Program-made: the position numbers and the translations under genes | Part shown: in pieces, positions 15,501 through 23,543 of the stretch | How positions within the stretch are numbered: the stretch's first letter is position 1 | Layout: every line of letters begins with the position of its first letter | Notes under the pieces: generated by a model | Seen by the model: the letters and a program-made list of their open reading frames with translations, nothing else | What the model was told of the DNA's origin: nothing | Databases searched by the model: none | Assembly (NCBI GenBank): GCA_000999465.1 | Contig: LCGB01000001.1 | Span: forward strand, 1 to 57,214 | Reading direction: 5' to 3' | DNA: 57,214 bases | Source: Candidatus Nomurabacteria bacterium GW2011_GWB1_43_19 | GTDB taxonomy: Bacteria > Patescibacteriota > Minisyncoccia > Phycocordibacterales > UBA9973

Positions 15501-15541
15501 CTCTCCTTATCAGGAGAGAAAAGTCCCCCTAATAAGGGGGG
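15501..15541. repeat. CTCTCC/GGAGAG + CCCCC/GGGGG double hairpin (intergenic copy)
   Basis: CTCTCC-TTATCA-GGAGAG then CCCCC-TAATAA-GGGGG, between the REase start and the rpsO stop. Confidence 0.6.
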
Positions 15542-15551
15542 TTATAGAGGG

Positions 15552-15815
15552 TCAGGCGAGATCCATTTTCTTCATCAGCGCGGCGTAGCGAGGTTTGCTT
15601 TTGCGTTCCAAATATTTTAAATGAGTTCGCCTGTCAGCCACCATTTTGATAAGCCCGCGACGGGAATGGTTGTCTTTCTTGTGCTTTTTTAAATGCTTGG
15701 CCAAAGCGTCAATCTGTGTAGATAAAACGGCCACCTGCACTTCCGGAGAACCCGTATCCGTTTCATGAATCCGGTTTTTCTTAATAACTGCTTGCTTTTT
15801 CTTAGTCGCCAACAT
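15552..15815 (-). CDS. rpsO: 30S ribosomal protein S15
   Basis: 87 aa with HETDTGSPEVQVAVLSTQIDALAKHLKKHKKDNHSRRGL, the canonical S15 sequence. Confidence 0.95.
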   Translation of the reverse strand: MLATKKKQAVIKKNRIHETDTGSPEVQVAVLSTQIDALAKHLKKHKKDNHSRRGLIKMVADRRTHLKYLERKSKPRYAALMKKMDLA

Positions 15816-15849
15816 GTCCGTTATAGTAGCATAAAACCCTTAAAAATGC

Positions 15850-15887
15850 AACCCCGAACCAAAGCGGAGCTTGGTATGGGGCAGGCC
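15850..15887. repeat. 38-nt hairpin repeat, copy A (rpsO/xerC divergent spacer)
   Basis: AACCCCGAACCAAAGCGGAGCTTGGTATGGGGCAGGCC, 33/38 identical to 54338-54375. The differences preserve base pairing. Confidence 0.7.
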
Positions 15888-15941
15888 CCTAAATATTTGG
15901 CGACCCGCCAAAGGACGGGCAGGCGTGGTAAAATCATAAGT

Positions 15942-16928
15942 ATGGCATCGCTCAAACAACTAAAAACCCAGTTTCTGGAATACATTGAGATAGAAAAAGG
16001 GCGCGCTATCAGAACCGTAGAAAATTACGACCACTACTTGACCGTATTTATTGAGCAGACAAAGATTAGCGACCCGAAAGACATTACCGATGTAAAAGTG
16101 CGGGATTTTCGCATTTGGCTCAACCGCCAGACGACCGGCAACAATCGCGCGACGGGAGACACAATAAAAAAGAAAACGCAGAATTATTACCTGATTGCGC
16201 TCAGAAGTTTTCTCAAATTCCTGGCCAAGAGGAATATCGCTTCCCTGCCGGCCGACCACATAGAACTCGCCAAGGTCGGCGAAAGACAGATTGACGTCAT
16301 ATCGCAAGAAGAATTGAAACGGCTCTTGGACGCCCCGAACAAAGAAAAAAATCCGGAAAAAAAATTTCGCGACAAGGCGATACTGGAAATGCTTTTTTCC
16401 ACCGGCCTGCGCGTCTCCGAGCTTTGTTCGCTCAAAAATGACTTGGACTTGCGCCTGGACGAATTTTCCATTCGCGGAAAAGGCGGGAAGGTTCGCGTGG
16501 TTTTCCTGTCCGGCGAGGCAAAAAAGGCGGTGAAGGACTACCTGGCTTTGAGAAAAGATATGTCCGAAGCACTTTTTGTGGAAGTCGGCCAGGACTCTTC
16601 CCAAAAGTCGGACTTAGGGGCAACAAAAAAACAACAAAAATCCCTAAGTCCGACTTTGGGGAACGGCTTCAAGAAAGCCCTCACTCGCCGTTCAATTGAA
16701 AGAATTGTAAAAAGATACGCTACTATCGCCGGCATATCCAAAAAAGTAACTCCGCATGTTATCCGTCATGTTTTTGCCACCGACTTGCTTTCCAACGGCG
16801 CCGATATCCGTTCCGTCCAAGCAATGCTCGGCCACGCCAACATTGGCACCACCCAGATTTACACCCATGTGACCGATAAACACTTGCGAGATATTCATAA
16901 AAAATTTCATAACAAAAAAATAACATGA
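15942..16928 (+). CDS. xerC: Tyrosine recombinase XerC/XerD family
   Basis: Internal ATG at 15942 (MASLKQLKTQFLEY). It has an N-terminal SAM-like domain and a C-terminal catalytic region HVIRHVFAT...LGHANIGTTQIYTHV. Confidence 0.85.
   Translation: MASLKQLKTQFLEYIEIEKGRAIRTVENYDHYLTVFIEQTKISDPKDITDVKVRDFRIWLNRQTTGNNRATGDTIKKKTQNYYLIALRSFLKFLAKRNIASLPADHIELAKVGERQIDVISQEELKRLLDAPNKEKNPEKKFRDKAILEMLFSTGLRVSELCSLKNDLDLRLDEFSIRGKGGKVRVVFLSGEAKKAVKDYLALRKDMSEALFVEVGQDSSQKSDLGATKKQQKSLSPTLGNGFKKALTRRSIERIVKRYATIAGISKKVTPHVIRHVFATDLLSNGADIRSVQAMLGHANIGTTQIYTHVTDKHLRDIHKKFHNKKIT
16600..16661. repeat. GTCGGACTT-GGGG palindromic element inside xerC
   Basis: CCCAAAAGTCGGACTTAGGGG - 21-nt A-rich loop - CCCTAAGTCCGACTTTGGGG. 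It encodes SQKSDLGATKKQQKSLSPTLGN and is related to 45542-45584. Confidence 0.8.
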
Positions 16929-17716
16929 AAATAATTTCCTGGAACGTCAACGGAATACGGGCGGTGCACAAGAAGGGATTTTTCCTGCCTTTTATACAAA
17001 AATACCAGCCGGATATTTTATGTCTGCAGGAAACCAAGGCCGAACAGAATCAAAGCGAGGTGGACTTGCCGGACTACGAGGAGTACTGGAACTCCGCCAC
17101 AAAAAAGGGCTACAGCGGCACGGCTATCTTTACCAAGACGAAATCGCTCTCTATAATCCTGAACTTTCCCGAAAATATTTTAAAAAAATACAAACTATCA
17201 GACAAGTATGGGGACCCGAACACCGAAGGCCGCGTCGTTGCCGCCGAATTCAAGAACTTTTTCGTGGTCAGCGTTTATACTCCGAACGCCAAGGACGACC
17301 TCTCCCGCATCCCGCTACGATATAAAAACTGGGACCCCGCCTTTCTGGAGTATATGAAATCTCTAGAAAAACGGGGCAAGCCCGTCATTTTTTGCGGCGA
17401 TTTGAATGTGGCGCACACTCCTGAGGACCTCGCTCGCCCGAAGGAAAACGAAGGAATGAAGGGGTACACTAAAGAAGAACGCGAGGGTGTAGACAACATC
17501 ATCAAGGCCGGATTCGCGGATACTTTCCGAATTTTTACCAAAGGCAACGGGCACTATAGCTGGTGGAGCCATTTCGCCAATGCCCGCGAACGAAATGTCG
17601 GCTGGAGAATTGATTATATTTTTGTCAGTGAACGGTTAAAAAACAAAGTGAAAAAAGCGAAAATTTTGCCTCAAGTCCTCGGCTCCGACCATTGTCCGGT
17701 TTTACTTGAAATCTAG
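16925..17716 (+). CDS. xth: Exodeoxyribonuclease III
   Basis: 263 aa with MKIISWNVNGIRA, LCLQETK, GDLNVAH and GSDHCPV. Its ATGA overlaps the xerC stop. Confidence 0.9.
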   Translation: MKIISWNVNGIRAVHKKGFFLPFIQKYQPDILCLQETKAEQNQSEVDLPDYEEYWNSATKKGYSGTAIFTKTKSLSIILNFPENILKKYKLSDKYGDPNTEGRVVAAEFKNFFVVSVYTPNAKDDLSRIPLRYKNWDPAFLEYMKSLEKRGKPVIFCGDLNVAHTPEDLARPKENEGMKGYTKEEREGVDNIIKAGFADTFRIFTKGNGHYSWWSHFANARERNVGWRIDYIFVSERLKNKVKKAKILPQVLGSDHCPVLLEI

Positions 17717-17736
17717 ATGTGTGCTATTATTTCGAT

Positions 17737-18399
17737 ATGAGCCACACACGCCTAGATCAGCTTTCCGACGGCATTTTTGCCATCGTGATGACGATTCTCG
17801 TTTTTGAAATCAAGACGCCCCTGGTCTGGGAGCCGATAAACAACATGGGTCTCTGGCTGGAAATTGAGGGCCTGTTGCCGGTATTTTTGAGTTATGTTTT
17901 GAGTTTTTTCCTCCTTTTCACCTACTGGCGGGCGCACCATTTCTTCATTTCCATCTACGCAAAAAATGTGGACACGATGCTGACCAATATCAACGCTTTG
18001 TTTTTCATGCTTATCAGCTTGGTCCCCTTTTCGGCCGGCGTCCTTGGAGAATTCAACCATAATGAACTTTCAATAATAATCTTCAGCGTGCACACAATTC
18101 TAATCGGCCTGACGCTCTACTGGATGCGCCGGTATGTGCTATTTTCTCCCCATATCCAGAATCCGGAAATTACCAAGCGTGAAATCCGCGGCAGCACCAT
18201 CCGCACCCTGGCCCCGGTCGTTTTCGCCCTCATCGCCATTCCCCTTTCCTTTTTCAGCATCAAACTCGCGCTGACCATCCTTACCCTGATGGTAATTTTC
18301 AATCTCTCTTCCTATAGCACCCGCCTCTTTGATAAAATTGCGCAGAAACTCCACCGCCTCATGTTCGGCGAAGACACCAAGGGCCACTTCGCCGACTAG
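17737..18399 (+). CDS. TMEM175/DUF1211-family membrane protein (putative K+ channel)
   Basis: ATG at 17737. LSDGIFAIVMTILVFEI matches the DUF1211 signature, and about 6 TM helices are present. Confidence 0.7.
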   Translation: MSHTRLDQLSDGIFAIVMTILVFEIKTPLVWEPINNMGLWLEIEGLLPVFLSYVLSFFLLFTYWRAHHFFISIYAKNVDTMLTNINALFFMLISLVPFSAGVLGEFNHNELSIIIFSVHTILIGLTLYWMRRYVLFSPHIQNPEITKREIRGSTIRTLAPVVFALIAIPLSFFSIKLALTILTLMVIFNLSSYSTRLFDKIAQKLHRLMFGEDTKGHFAD

Positions 18400-18404
18400 A
18401 TGAT

Positions 18405-20084
18405 ATGCAAAAAAGTTGCAGCAACTGCAAAAAAGAATTCACGATAAGGAAAGAGGATTTGATTTTTTATGACCAGTTAAAAGTTCCGCCGCCTTTGATG
18501 TGCCCGGACTGTCGAATGCAAAGACGGATTGCTTTCCGGAACGAAAGGACTTTATACCGCCGGGCCTGCGACCTGTGTAAGAAAGACGGAATTTCTTTGT
18601 ACACCGAAGGCGCCCCTTTCCCTGTTTACTGCCACCAATGCTGGTGGGGTGACGATTGGGACCCTCTATCTTATGCCTTGGAATATAATCCGCAAAAATC
18701 TTTTTTGAAGCAGTTAAGAGAACTCAGGAATAAAGTGCCGAGGGTCCGGCTGCTTTCAATCAACAGCATAAATTCCGAGTATGAAAACAATTCTTCGGAA
18801 AATAAAAATTGCTACTTGATTTTCGCCGCCGAAAACAACGAGGACTGTCTCTATGGTCGGTTGGTCCAGCACTGCAAGAACTCCATGGATTGCGACTTTC
18901 TTTACGATTCGGAGCTTTGCTATGAATGCCTGGATACCAGAAAGTCCTTCAAGTGCCTTTACGGCGAGCGGCTGCAGGAATGCGTGGACGTCCTGTTCTC
19001 TTTTGATATGCGTAATTGCCAAAATTGCATTTTTTGCGTTAACGGGCGCAATTTGAGCTGTGCCATAGAGAACCAGCCGTGCACCAAAGAAGAATTTGAA
19101 AAGAAAAAAGCGGAAATTTTTAGAAGTTATGAAAGCATAGAGGAAGCGAAGGCAAAATACGGCAAATTAAGGAGTGGGGCCTTGGTAAAATACGCCTTCG
19201 CCACTAAATGCGTGAATGCGACAGGCGACTATGTGTACAATTGCCATGACGGCGTGCGGATTTTTGACGCCTCCAACGCGAAAAATTGTTCCTACATCGC
19301 CGATGCGGAGGACCCAATCGACTGCCAGGACATCAACAACCATTATTTCAAAGGCGAGCGCTGCTACAACGTCATGGGCGCGCTCCAGGACCAAAACTGC
19401 ATCGCGGACGCCTTCGTTTTTTACTGCAACAGGGTGGACTACTCCGACAATACCCGCAATTCTTCCGATTGCTTCGGTTGCGTCGGAATGAATAATAAAA
19501 AATACTGCATCTTAAACAAGCAATATTCTCCAGAAGAATACAAAATTCTAAAAGAGAAAATAGTGGAAAGCCTAAAAAAGGAAGGCGTCTATGGAGAAAT
19601 GATGCCCCCGCGGCTTTCGCCCTTCCCCTATAACGACACCCTGGCGCAGGAATACTATCCGCTGACGGAAAAAGAGGCCAGAGCCCTTGGATACGAGTGG
19701 CAAACCAAGGCCTCCGGCACCTACGGCAAGGAAACAATCGCGGAAAAAGACACGCCGGCAACCATTGGCGAGGTATCGGAAGATATTTTGAATCAAGTTC
19801 TGGTCTGTAAGGACTGCAAAAAGAATTTCCAGATTACCCGGGCAGAATTTGATTTTTATAAAAGGATGAATCTGCCCCTGCCGCATAAGGATTTTGAGTG
19901 CCGGCACCAGGACCGGATGAAAAAGCGCAATCCGCGCAAACTCTGGCCCCGCGCCTGCATGTGCGAACTGAAAAATCACCTTCACGGCGCAAAAAAATGC
20001 CCGAACGAATTTGAAACCAGCTACTCCCCCGACCGGCCGGAAGTTGTCTACTGCGAGAACTGTTACCAGCAAGAAGTTTCTTAG
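18405..20084 (+). CDS. Cysteine-rich hypothetical protein with paralogous N- and C-terminal zinc-ribbon modules
   Basis: 559 aa with more than 40 Cys. CSNCKKEFTI...FYDQLKVPPPLMCPDCRMQRR...VYCHQCW recurs as CKDCKKNFQI...FYKRMNLPLPHKDFECRHQDR...VYCENCY. Confidence 0.6.
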   Translation: MQKSCSNCKKEFTIRKEDLIFYDQLKVPPPLMCPDCRMQRRIAFRNERTLYRRACDLCKKDGISLYTEGAPFPVYCHQCWWGDDWDPLSYALEYNPQKSFLKQLRELRNKVPRVRLLSINSINSEYENNSSENKNCYLIFAAENNEDCLYGRLVQHCKNSMDCDFLYDSELCYECLDTRKSFKCLYGERLQECVDVLFSFDMRNCQNCIFCVNGRNLSCAIENQPCTKEEFEKKKAEIFRSYESIEEAKAKYGKLRSGALVKYAFATKCVNATGDYVYNCHDGVRIFDASNAKNCSYIADAEDPIDCQDINNHYFKGERCYNVMGALQDQNCIADAFVFYCNRVDYSDNTRNSSDCFGCVGMNNKKYCILNKQYSPEEYKILKEKIVESLKKEGVYGEMMPPRLSPFPYNDTLAQEYYPLTEKEARALGYEWQTKASGTYGKETIAEKDTPATIGEVSEDILNQVLVCKDCKKNFQITRAEFDFYKRMNLPLPHKDFECRHQDRMKKRNPRKLWPRACMCELKNHLHGAKKCPNEFETSYSPDRPEVVYCENCYQQEVS

Positions 20085-20117
20085 TTACCAAAAGATTCCT
20101 GACTTGGTTTCGTTCCG

Positions 20118-20612
20118 TTACGGATACAAAACTTCATAGAAGCCGGCCGCAGGAGTAGGCACGGAGCCCCATGTATACGGCGTAATCTGGTAAGCGGCCG
20201 TTTCAAAATATACTCCAAGCTTCGGCGTACCGTCGGGATACCCTGTATAGAAATAAATATCTCCTTGAGGACCCACAAGGCTACAAGTTGAGGAGAGATA
20301 AGGAATAAGACCCCCGTCTCCTCCTGTCCCGCAAGGCGGGTATCCGGTTGTACCGGCATAATTATTGTCACTAATCCAATAGACCGTATCGTAACTTCTG
20401 GCAGGATAATAGCCGTGGTCATTATAATACAATTCTAAAGCATTTTTTATAGACCGGATATCGCCAAGGCGTCGCGCGTCGCGCGCTTTGGCTCGCGCGG
20501 AATTAAGAGAAGCCAAAACCACACTAGCCAACACTCCAATGATTGCCACAACAACCAAGAGTTCTATGAGAGTAAATCCTTTCTTAAAATTTATCTTAAA
20601 AACTGAATACAT
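20118..20612 (-). CDS. Type IV pilin-like protein (second paralogue)
   Basis: 164 aa with KKGFTLIELLVVVAIIGVLASVVLASLNSARAKAR. The N-terminal coding DNA is 82/84 identical to pilin 1. Confidence 0.8.
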   Translation of the reverse strand: MYSVFKINFKKGFTLIELLVVVAIIGVLASVVLASLNSARAKARDARRLGDIRSIKNALELYYNDHGYYPARSYDTVYWISDNNYAGTTGYPPCGTGGDGGLIPYLSSTCSLVGPQGDIYFYTGYPDGTPKLGVYFETAAYQITPYTWGSVPTPAAGFYEVLYP

Positions 20613-20619
20613 TGTTTAA

Positions 20620-22230
20620 TCATGTACTATTTTTTCTTACTCCGTGTTTAGTATGCAACTTCTCAATCTCTTGCTCTTCTAAACTTTCTTTTTTCTCTTT
20701 TCCGCGCTCGCCCAGGGTCCGGAGCTCCGCATCGCCCAGCACATTGAGCGATTTCGTCAGTTCCGAGAGATGCTCTACTGTATTTTTCTCCGGAGCGTCC
20801 AGGATTTCTTCCAAAAGCGCGTGCAAAATCCATCCCATCCTCGGTCCCGGCTTAATCTCTAGTTCTTTTATCATAAATTCTCCGTCAATTTTCAGTTGGC
20901 CGACGGAAATCGGGTCCCGCAAGGCCTCTTCAATCATCGCGAAATACTTGCGCAGGCGGTAGGGCACTTCTTTTTTCTTCATTCCCACCCGATCACATTC
21001 ACGGACATTCATTAAGAGCCAGATATTCTCCACACTGACTTTAGTGATGATCCTCCGCACGGCCGAGAGCGTAATTAACTCCGTGTCGGAGAAGAACATA
21101 TGGTTACGGACAAGCTTTTCCACCAGTTCGGTCTCCTTTTTCGAGAACCGGAGCCGTTCCATTATTTTTTTCGCCATCCGCGCGCCGATAACCTCGTGGC
21201 CGTAGAATGTGTATTTCTTTTTTGAATTTATTTTCGGAGCCGGATGTGCAAAATCGAGTCCGTGTCGGAGCCCGCTTGCGGGTAAAGCGGCGAGATTTTG
21301 CATATCCGACGAAGAATTAGCATTTCTTCTACTTCTCGGCTTCCCGATATCGTGAAAAAGCGCCGATAACCTTATTTCTAAAGGCCATTTCTTGTCCGCC
21401 GCATGCTGGACGGCATGGAGTAAATGCTCCCAAACGTCATAGATATGCTCCCCCAGTTGTTCGCAACCCACCCCTTCCAGAAGCTCCGGAATGGTATTTT
21501 TCAGCAAGCCGAGCTTCTGCAACATAACAATTCCGCTGGCTGGATTGTCCGACATGATTATTTTTACAAACTCGTCCCGAATCCGCTCAAAGGATATTTT
21601 TTGGAGCAAGTCGGCATTTTTTAAAATACTTTCGGTTGTTTCATACGACACAGAAAAGTTAAGTTGGCAAGCCAAACGGACAGCCCGCAGCATGCGGAGC
21701 GCATCCTCGGTAAACCGGTCATCCGGATTGCCTACTGCTTTTAACGTTTTATCTTGGATGTCCTTTATGCCCCCGAAAAGGTCAACTATCTGTCCTTTTC
21801 CGCCTGAGGTGGATCCGCCTTTGGCGGAAGAGTTCAATGCGAGGGCATTAATAGTGAAATCACGTCTTTTAAGGTCGTCTTCCAGCTTGTCGCTGAACTT
21901 TACCTCATCCGGATGTCTAAAATCGCTATATTTTGCCTCAATTCTATAGGGGGTAACCTCAACGACTCTTAATGTTTCTTGTGAAACATCTTCCTGAATA
22001 ACAGCGACTGTTCCAAAGGCATTCTCATATACTGTCTTTTTAAACAGGGAGATAATTTCCTCCGGTTTGGCATTGGTTGCGACATCCCAGTCCTTAGGTT
22101 CTGTTCCCATTACAAGGTCGCGGACGCATCCGCCGACCAGATATGCCTCAAAACCCGCTTTTTCAAGTGTGTCTGTTACATGTGAAACTTCTTTGGGTAT
22201 TTTTTTTATTAAACTGTTGATGTTTTCCAT
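20620..22230 (-). CDS. cca: CCA-adding enzyme / poly(A) polymerase family with HD domain
   Basis: 536 aa with the nucleotidyltransferase motif LVGGCVRD...DWD, RRDFTINA and HD-domain LFHDIGKP. It carries two palindromic insertions. Confidence 0.85.
   Translation of the reverse strand: MENINSLIKKIPKEVSHVTDTLEKAGFEAYLVGGCVRDLVMGTEPKDWDVATNAKPEEIISLFKKTVYENAFGTVAVIQEDVSQETLRVVEVTPYRIEAKYSDFRHPDEVKFSDKLEDDLKRRDFTINALALNSSAKGGSTSGGKGQIVDLFGGIKDIQDKTLKAVGNPDDRFTEDALRMLRAVRLACQLNFSVSYETTESILKNADLLQKISFERIRDEFVKIIMSDNPASGIVMLQKLGLLKNTIPELLEGVGCEQLGEHIYDVWEHLLHAVQHAADKKWPLEIRLSALFHDIGKPRSRRNANSSSDMQNLAALPASGLRHGLDFAHPAPKINSKKKYTFYGHEVIGARMAKKIMERLRFSKKETELVEKLVRNHMFFSDTELITLSAVRRIITKVSVENIWLLMNVRECDRVGMKKKEVPYRLRKYFAMIEEALRDPISVGQLKIDGEFMIKELEIKPGPRMGWILHALLEEILDAPEKNTVEHLSELTKSLNVLGDAELRTLGERGKEKKESLEEQEIEKLHTKHGVRKNST
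21241..21308. repeat. 68-nt imperfect palindrome inside the cca HD domain
   Basis: CGGATGTGCAAAATC...(inner CCGCTT-GCGGGTA-AAGCGG)...GATTTTGCATATCCG. It encodes an extra segment between HDIGKP and FYGHE. Confidence 0.65.
21800..21827. repeat. GGATCC-centred double-hairpin element, copy inside cca
   Basis: CCGCCTGAGGTGGATCCGCCTTTGGCGG, which in gene sense encodes SSAKGGSTSGGKG. Confidence 0.85.
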
Positions 22231-22240
22231 TGAACTTTTG

Positions 22241-22312
22241 TGCGCCCGGCAAGACTCGAACTCGCAACGACGGTTCCGAAGACCGTTGTGATATCCATTT
22301 CACCACGGGCGC
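22241..22312 (-). tRNA. tRNA-Arg (anticodon TCG)
   Basis: Manual cloverleaf: acceptor GCGCCCG/CGGGCGC, D stem GTGA/TCAC, anticodon arm ACGGT-CTTCGGA-ACCGT, T arm GCGAG-TTCGAGT-CTTGC. No CCA is encoded. Confidence 0.85.
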
Positions 22313-22460
22313 AAAAATTACTTAATAATGTATATACTTTACACTATTTAAATATAAATGGCAAATAACCTTTATTTTACAAACTGATTCTACAATTGCA
22401 TTAATTGTTTAAAAATAATATAATAGATAAGCTTTTTTAAAAAAGAAGAATAAAAAAATT

Positions 22461-22534
22461 GCGGTCATGGTTTAGTGGCAGAACAACTGGTTGCCAATCA
22501 GTTGGCGGGAGTTCGATTCTCCCTGGCCGCACCA
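22461..22534 (+). tRNA. tRNA-Gly (anticodon GCC), CCA encoded
   Basis: Acceptor GCGGTCA/TGGCCGC, anticodon loop TTGCCAA, T arm GGGAG-TTCGATT-CTCCC, 3' ACCA. Confidence 0.85.
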
Positions 22535-22747
22535 ACATATGTCCTTTATAACACCACCTCGTTGCTTATTAAATATAAGGATTTTATTTAAAAATGTGGA
22601 TAACTATGTTAGTAATGTTTATAAAGGACATTTTTTAAGATAGTGTTTTGCGAGCTATTTTGTCTAAAATACGTTGTGAAATAAGGATATTTTTATAAAA
22701 GACATCAAATTGACTAAAAAGGTTTCACGTGAAACACTGCATGGTTA

Positions 22748-22836
22748 AAAGTTATCAAGTTCATAAAGTTCTTAAAGTAAAATATTCGTTAACCCAACTT
22801 TATAACTTTCTACTTTATAAACTTTAAAAACTACTT
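22748..22836. repeat. AT-rich imperfect palindrome of AAGTTnnTAAAG units (site 2)
   Basis: AAAGTTATCAAGTTCATAAAGTTCTTAAAGTAAAA faces CAACTTTATAACTTTCTACTTTATAAACTTTAAAAAC, immediately upstream of yraN. Confidence 0.55.
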
Positions 22837-22839
22837 AAA

Positions 22840-23250
22840 ATGCCAAAAGTATTTACATCGGAAACACAAAAGACCGGGGAAATTGGAGAAAATATCGCTG
22901 TAAGGTTTCTCGTGAAACGGGGTTTTTTAATTTTAGACAGGAATTACACTAAAAAATGGGGGGAAATAGACATAATTGCCGAAAAGGCCGATAAAATATA
23001 CTTTGTTGAGGTTAAAAGTGTTTCTTCCTTTAACATATCTCAGAACGTTCCACATGAAACATCCCTTGGTAGACCAGAAGATAATATGCACCCCTGGAAA
23101 CTGAAACGACTGTCGCGCGCCATTCAAACCTACCTTTTGTCTAAGAAAATAGCGGAAGAAAAAGAATGGCAAGTTGATCTTTTGGTTGTCTTTTTGGATT
23201 TAAAAAGCAAGAAAGCCAGGGTAAAAGTGGTAAGAGATATTGTTTTATAG
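22840..23250 (+). CDS. yraN: YraN-family (UPF0102) endonuclease-like protein
   Basis: 136 aa with GEIGENIAVRFLVKRGFLILDRNY..GEIDIIAEK...YFVEVKS, the typical YraN PD-(D/E)XK core. Confidence 0.8.
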   Translation: MPKVFTSETQKTGEIGENIAVRFLVKRGFLILDRNYTKKWGEIDIIAEKADKIYFVEVKSVSSFNISQNVPHETSLGRPEDNMHPWKLKRLSRAIQTYLLSKKIAEEKEWQVDLLVVFLDLKSKKARVKVVRDIVL

Positions 23251-23252
23251 TG

Positions 23253-23323
23253 TGCGGGATAGGGGAATCGAACCCCTGTCCACAGTTTGGAAAACTGTTA
23301 TTTTACCATTAAACTAATCCCGC
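23253..23323 (-). tRNA. tRNA-Gly (anticodon TCC)
   Basis: Acceptor GCGGGAT/ATCCCGC, anticodon arm ACAGT-TTTCCAA-ACTGT, T arm AGGGG-TTCGATT-CCCCT. Confidence 0.85.
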
Positions 23324-23368
23324 CTTCGCTAAAGCTTCGGCGGGCAGGCCCGCTTGGGCTTCAACTTG

Positions 23369-23439
23369 TCGGGCCGCTGGGAATTGAACCCAGTCTAAAT
23401 GCTCCCAAAGCACTTGTACTACCGGTATACTACGGCCCG
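23369..23439 (-). tRNA. tRNA-Pro (anticodon TGG)
   Basis: Acceptor CGGGCCG/CGGCCCG, anticodon loop TTTGGGA, T arm CTGGG-TTCAATT-CCCAG. Confidence 0.85.
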
Positions 23440-23495
23440 TTATGGCTTAAAAACTGAATTATCTTAACATAAAAAAGATAAATATTCTACTTCAT

Positions 23496-23523
23496 TTGAC
23501 AAAAAGTTTTTTTATTGTAGTAT
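23496..23523 (+). promoter_or_regulatory. Near-consensus sigma70 promoter for the small GC-rich ORF
   Basis: TTGACA (23496-23501), a 16-nt spacer, then TAGTAT (23518-23523), about 20 nt upstream of AAGGAGG-N4-ATG. Confidence 0.5.
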
Positions 23524-23543
23524 CAAAAACGAAAGGAGGCACC

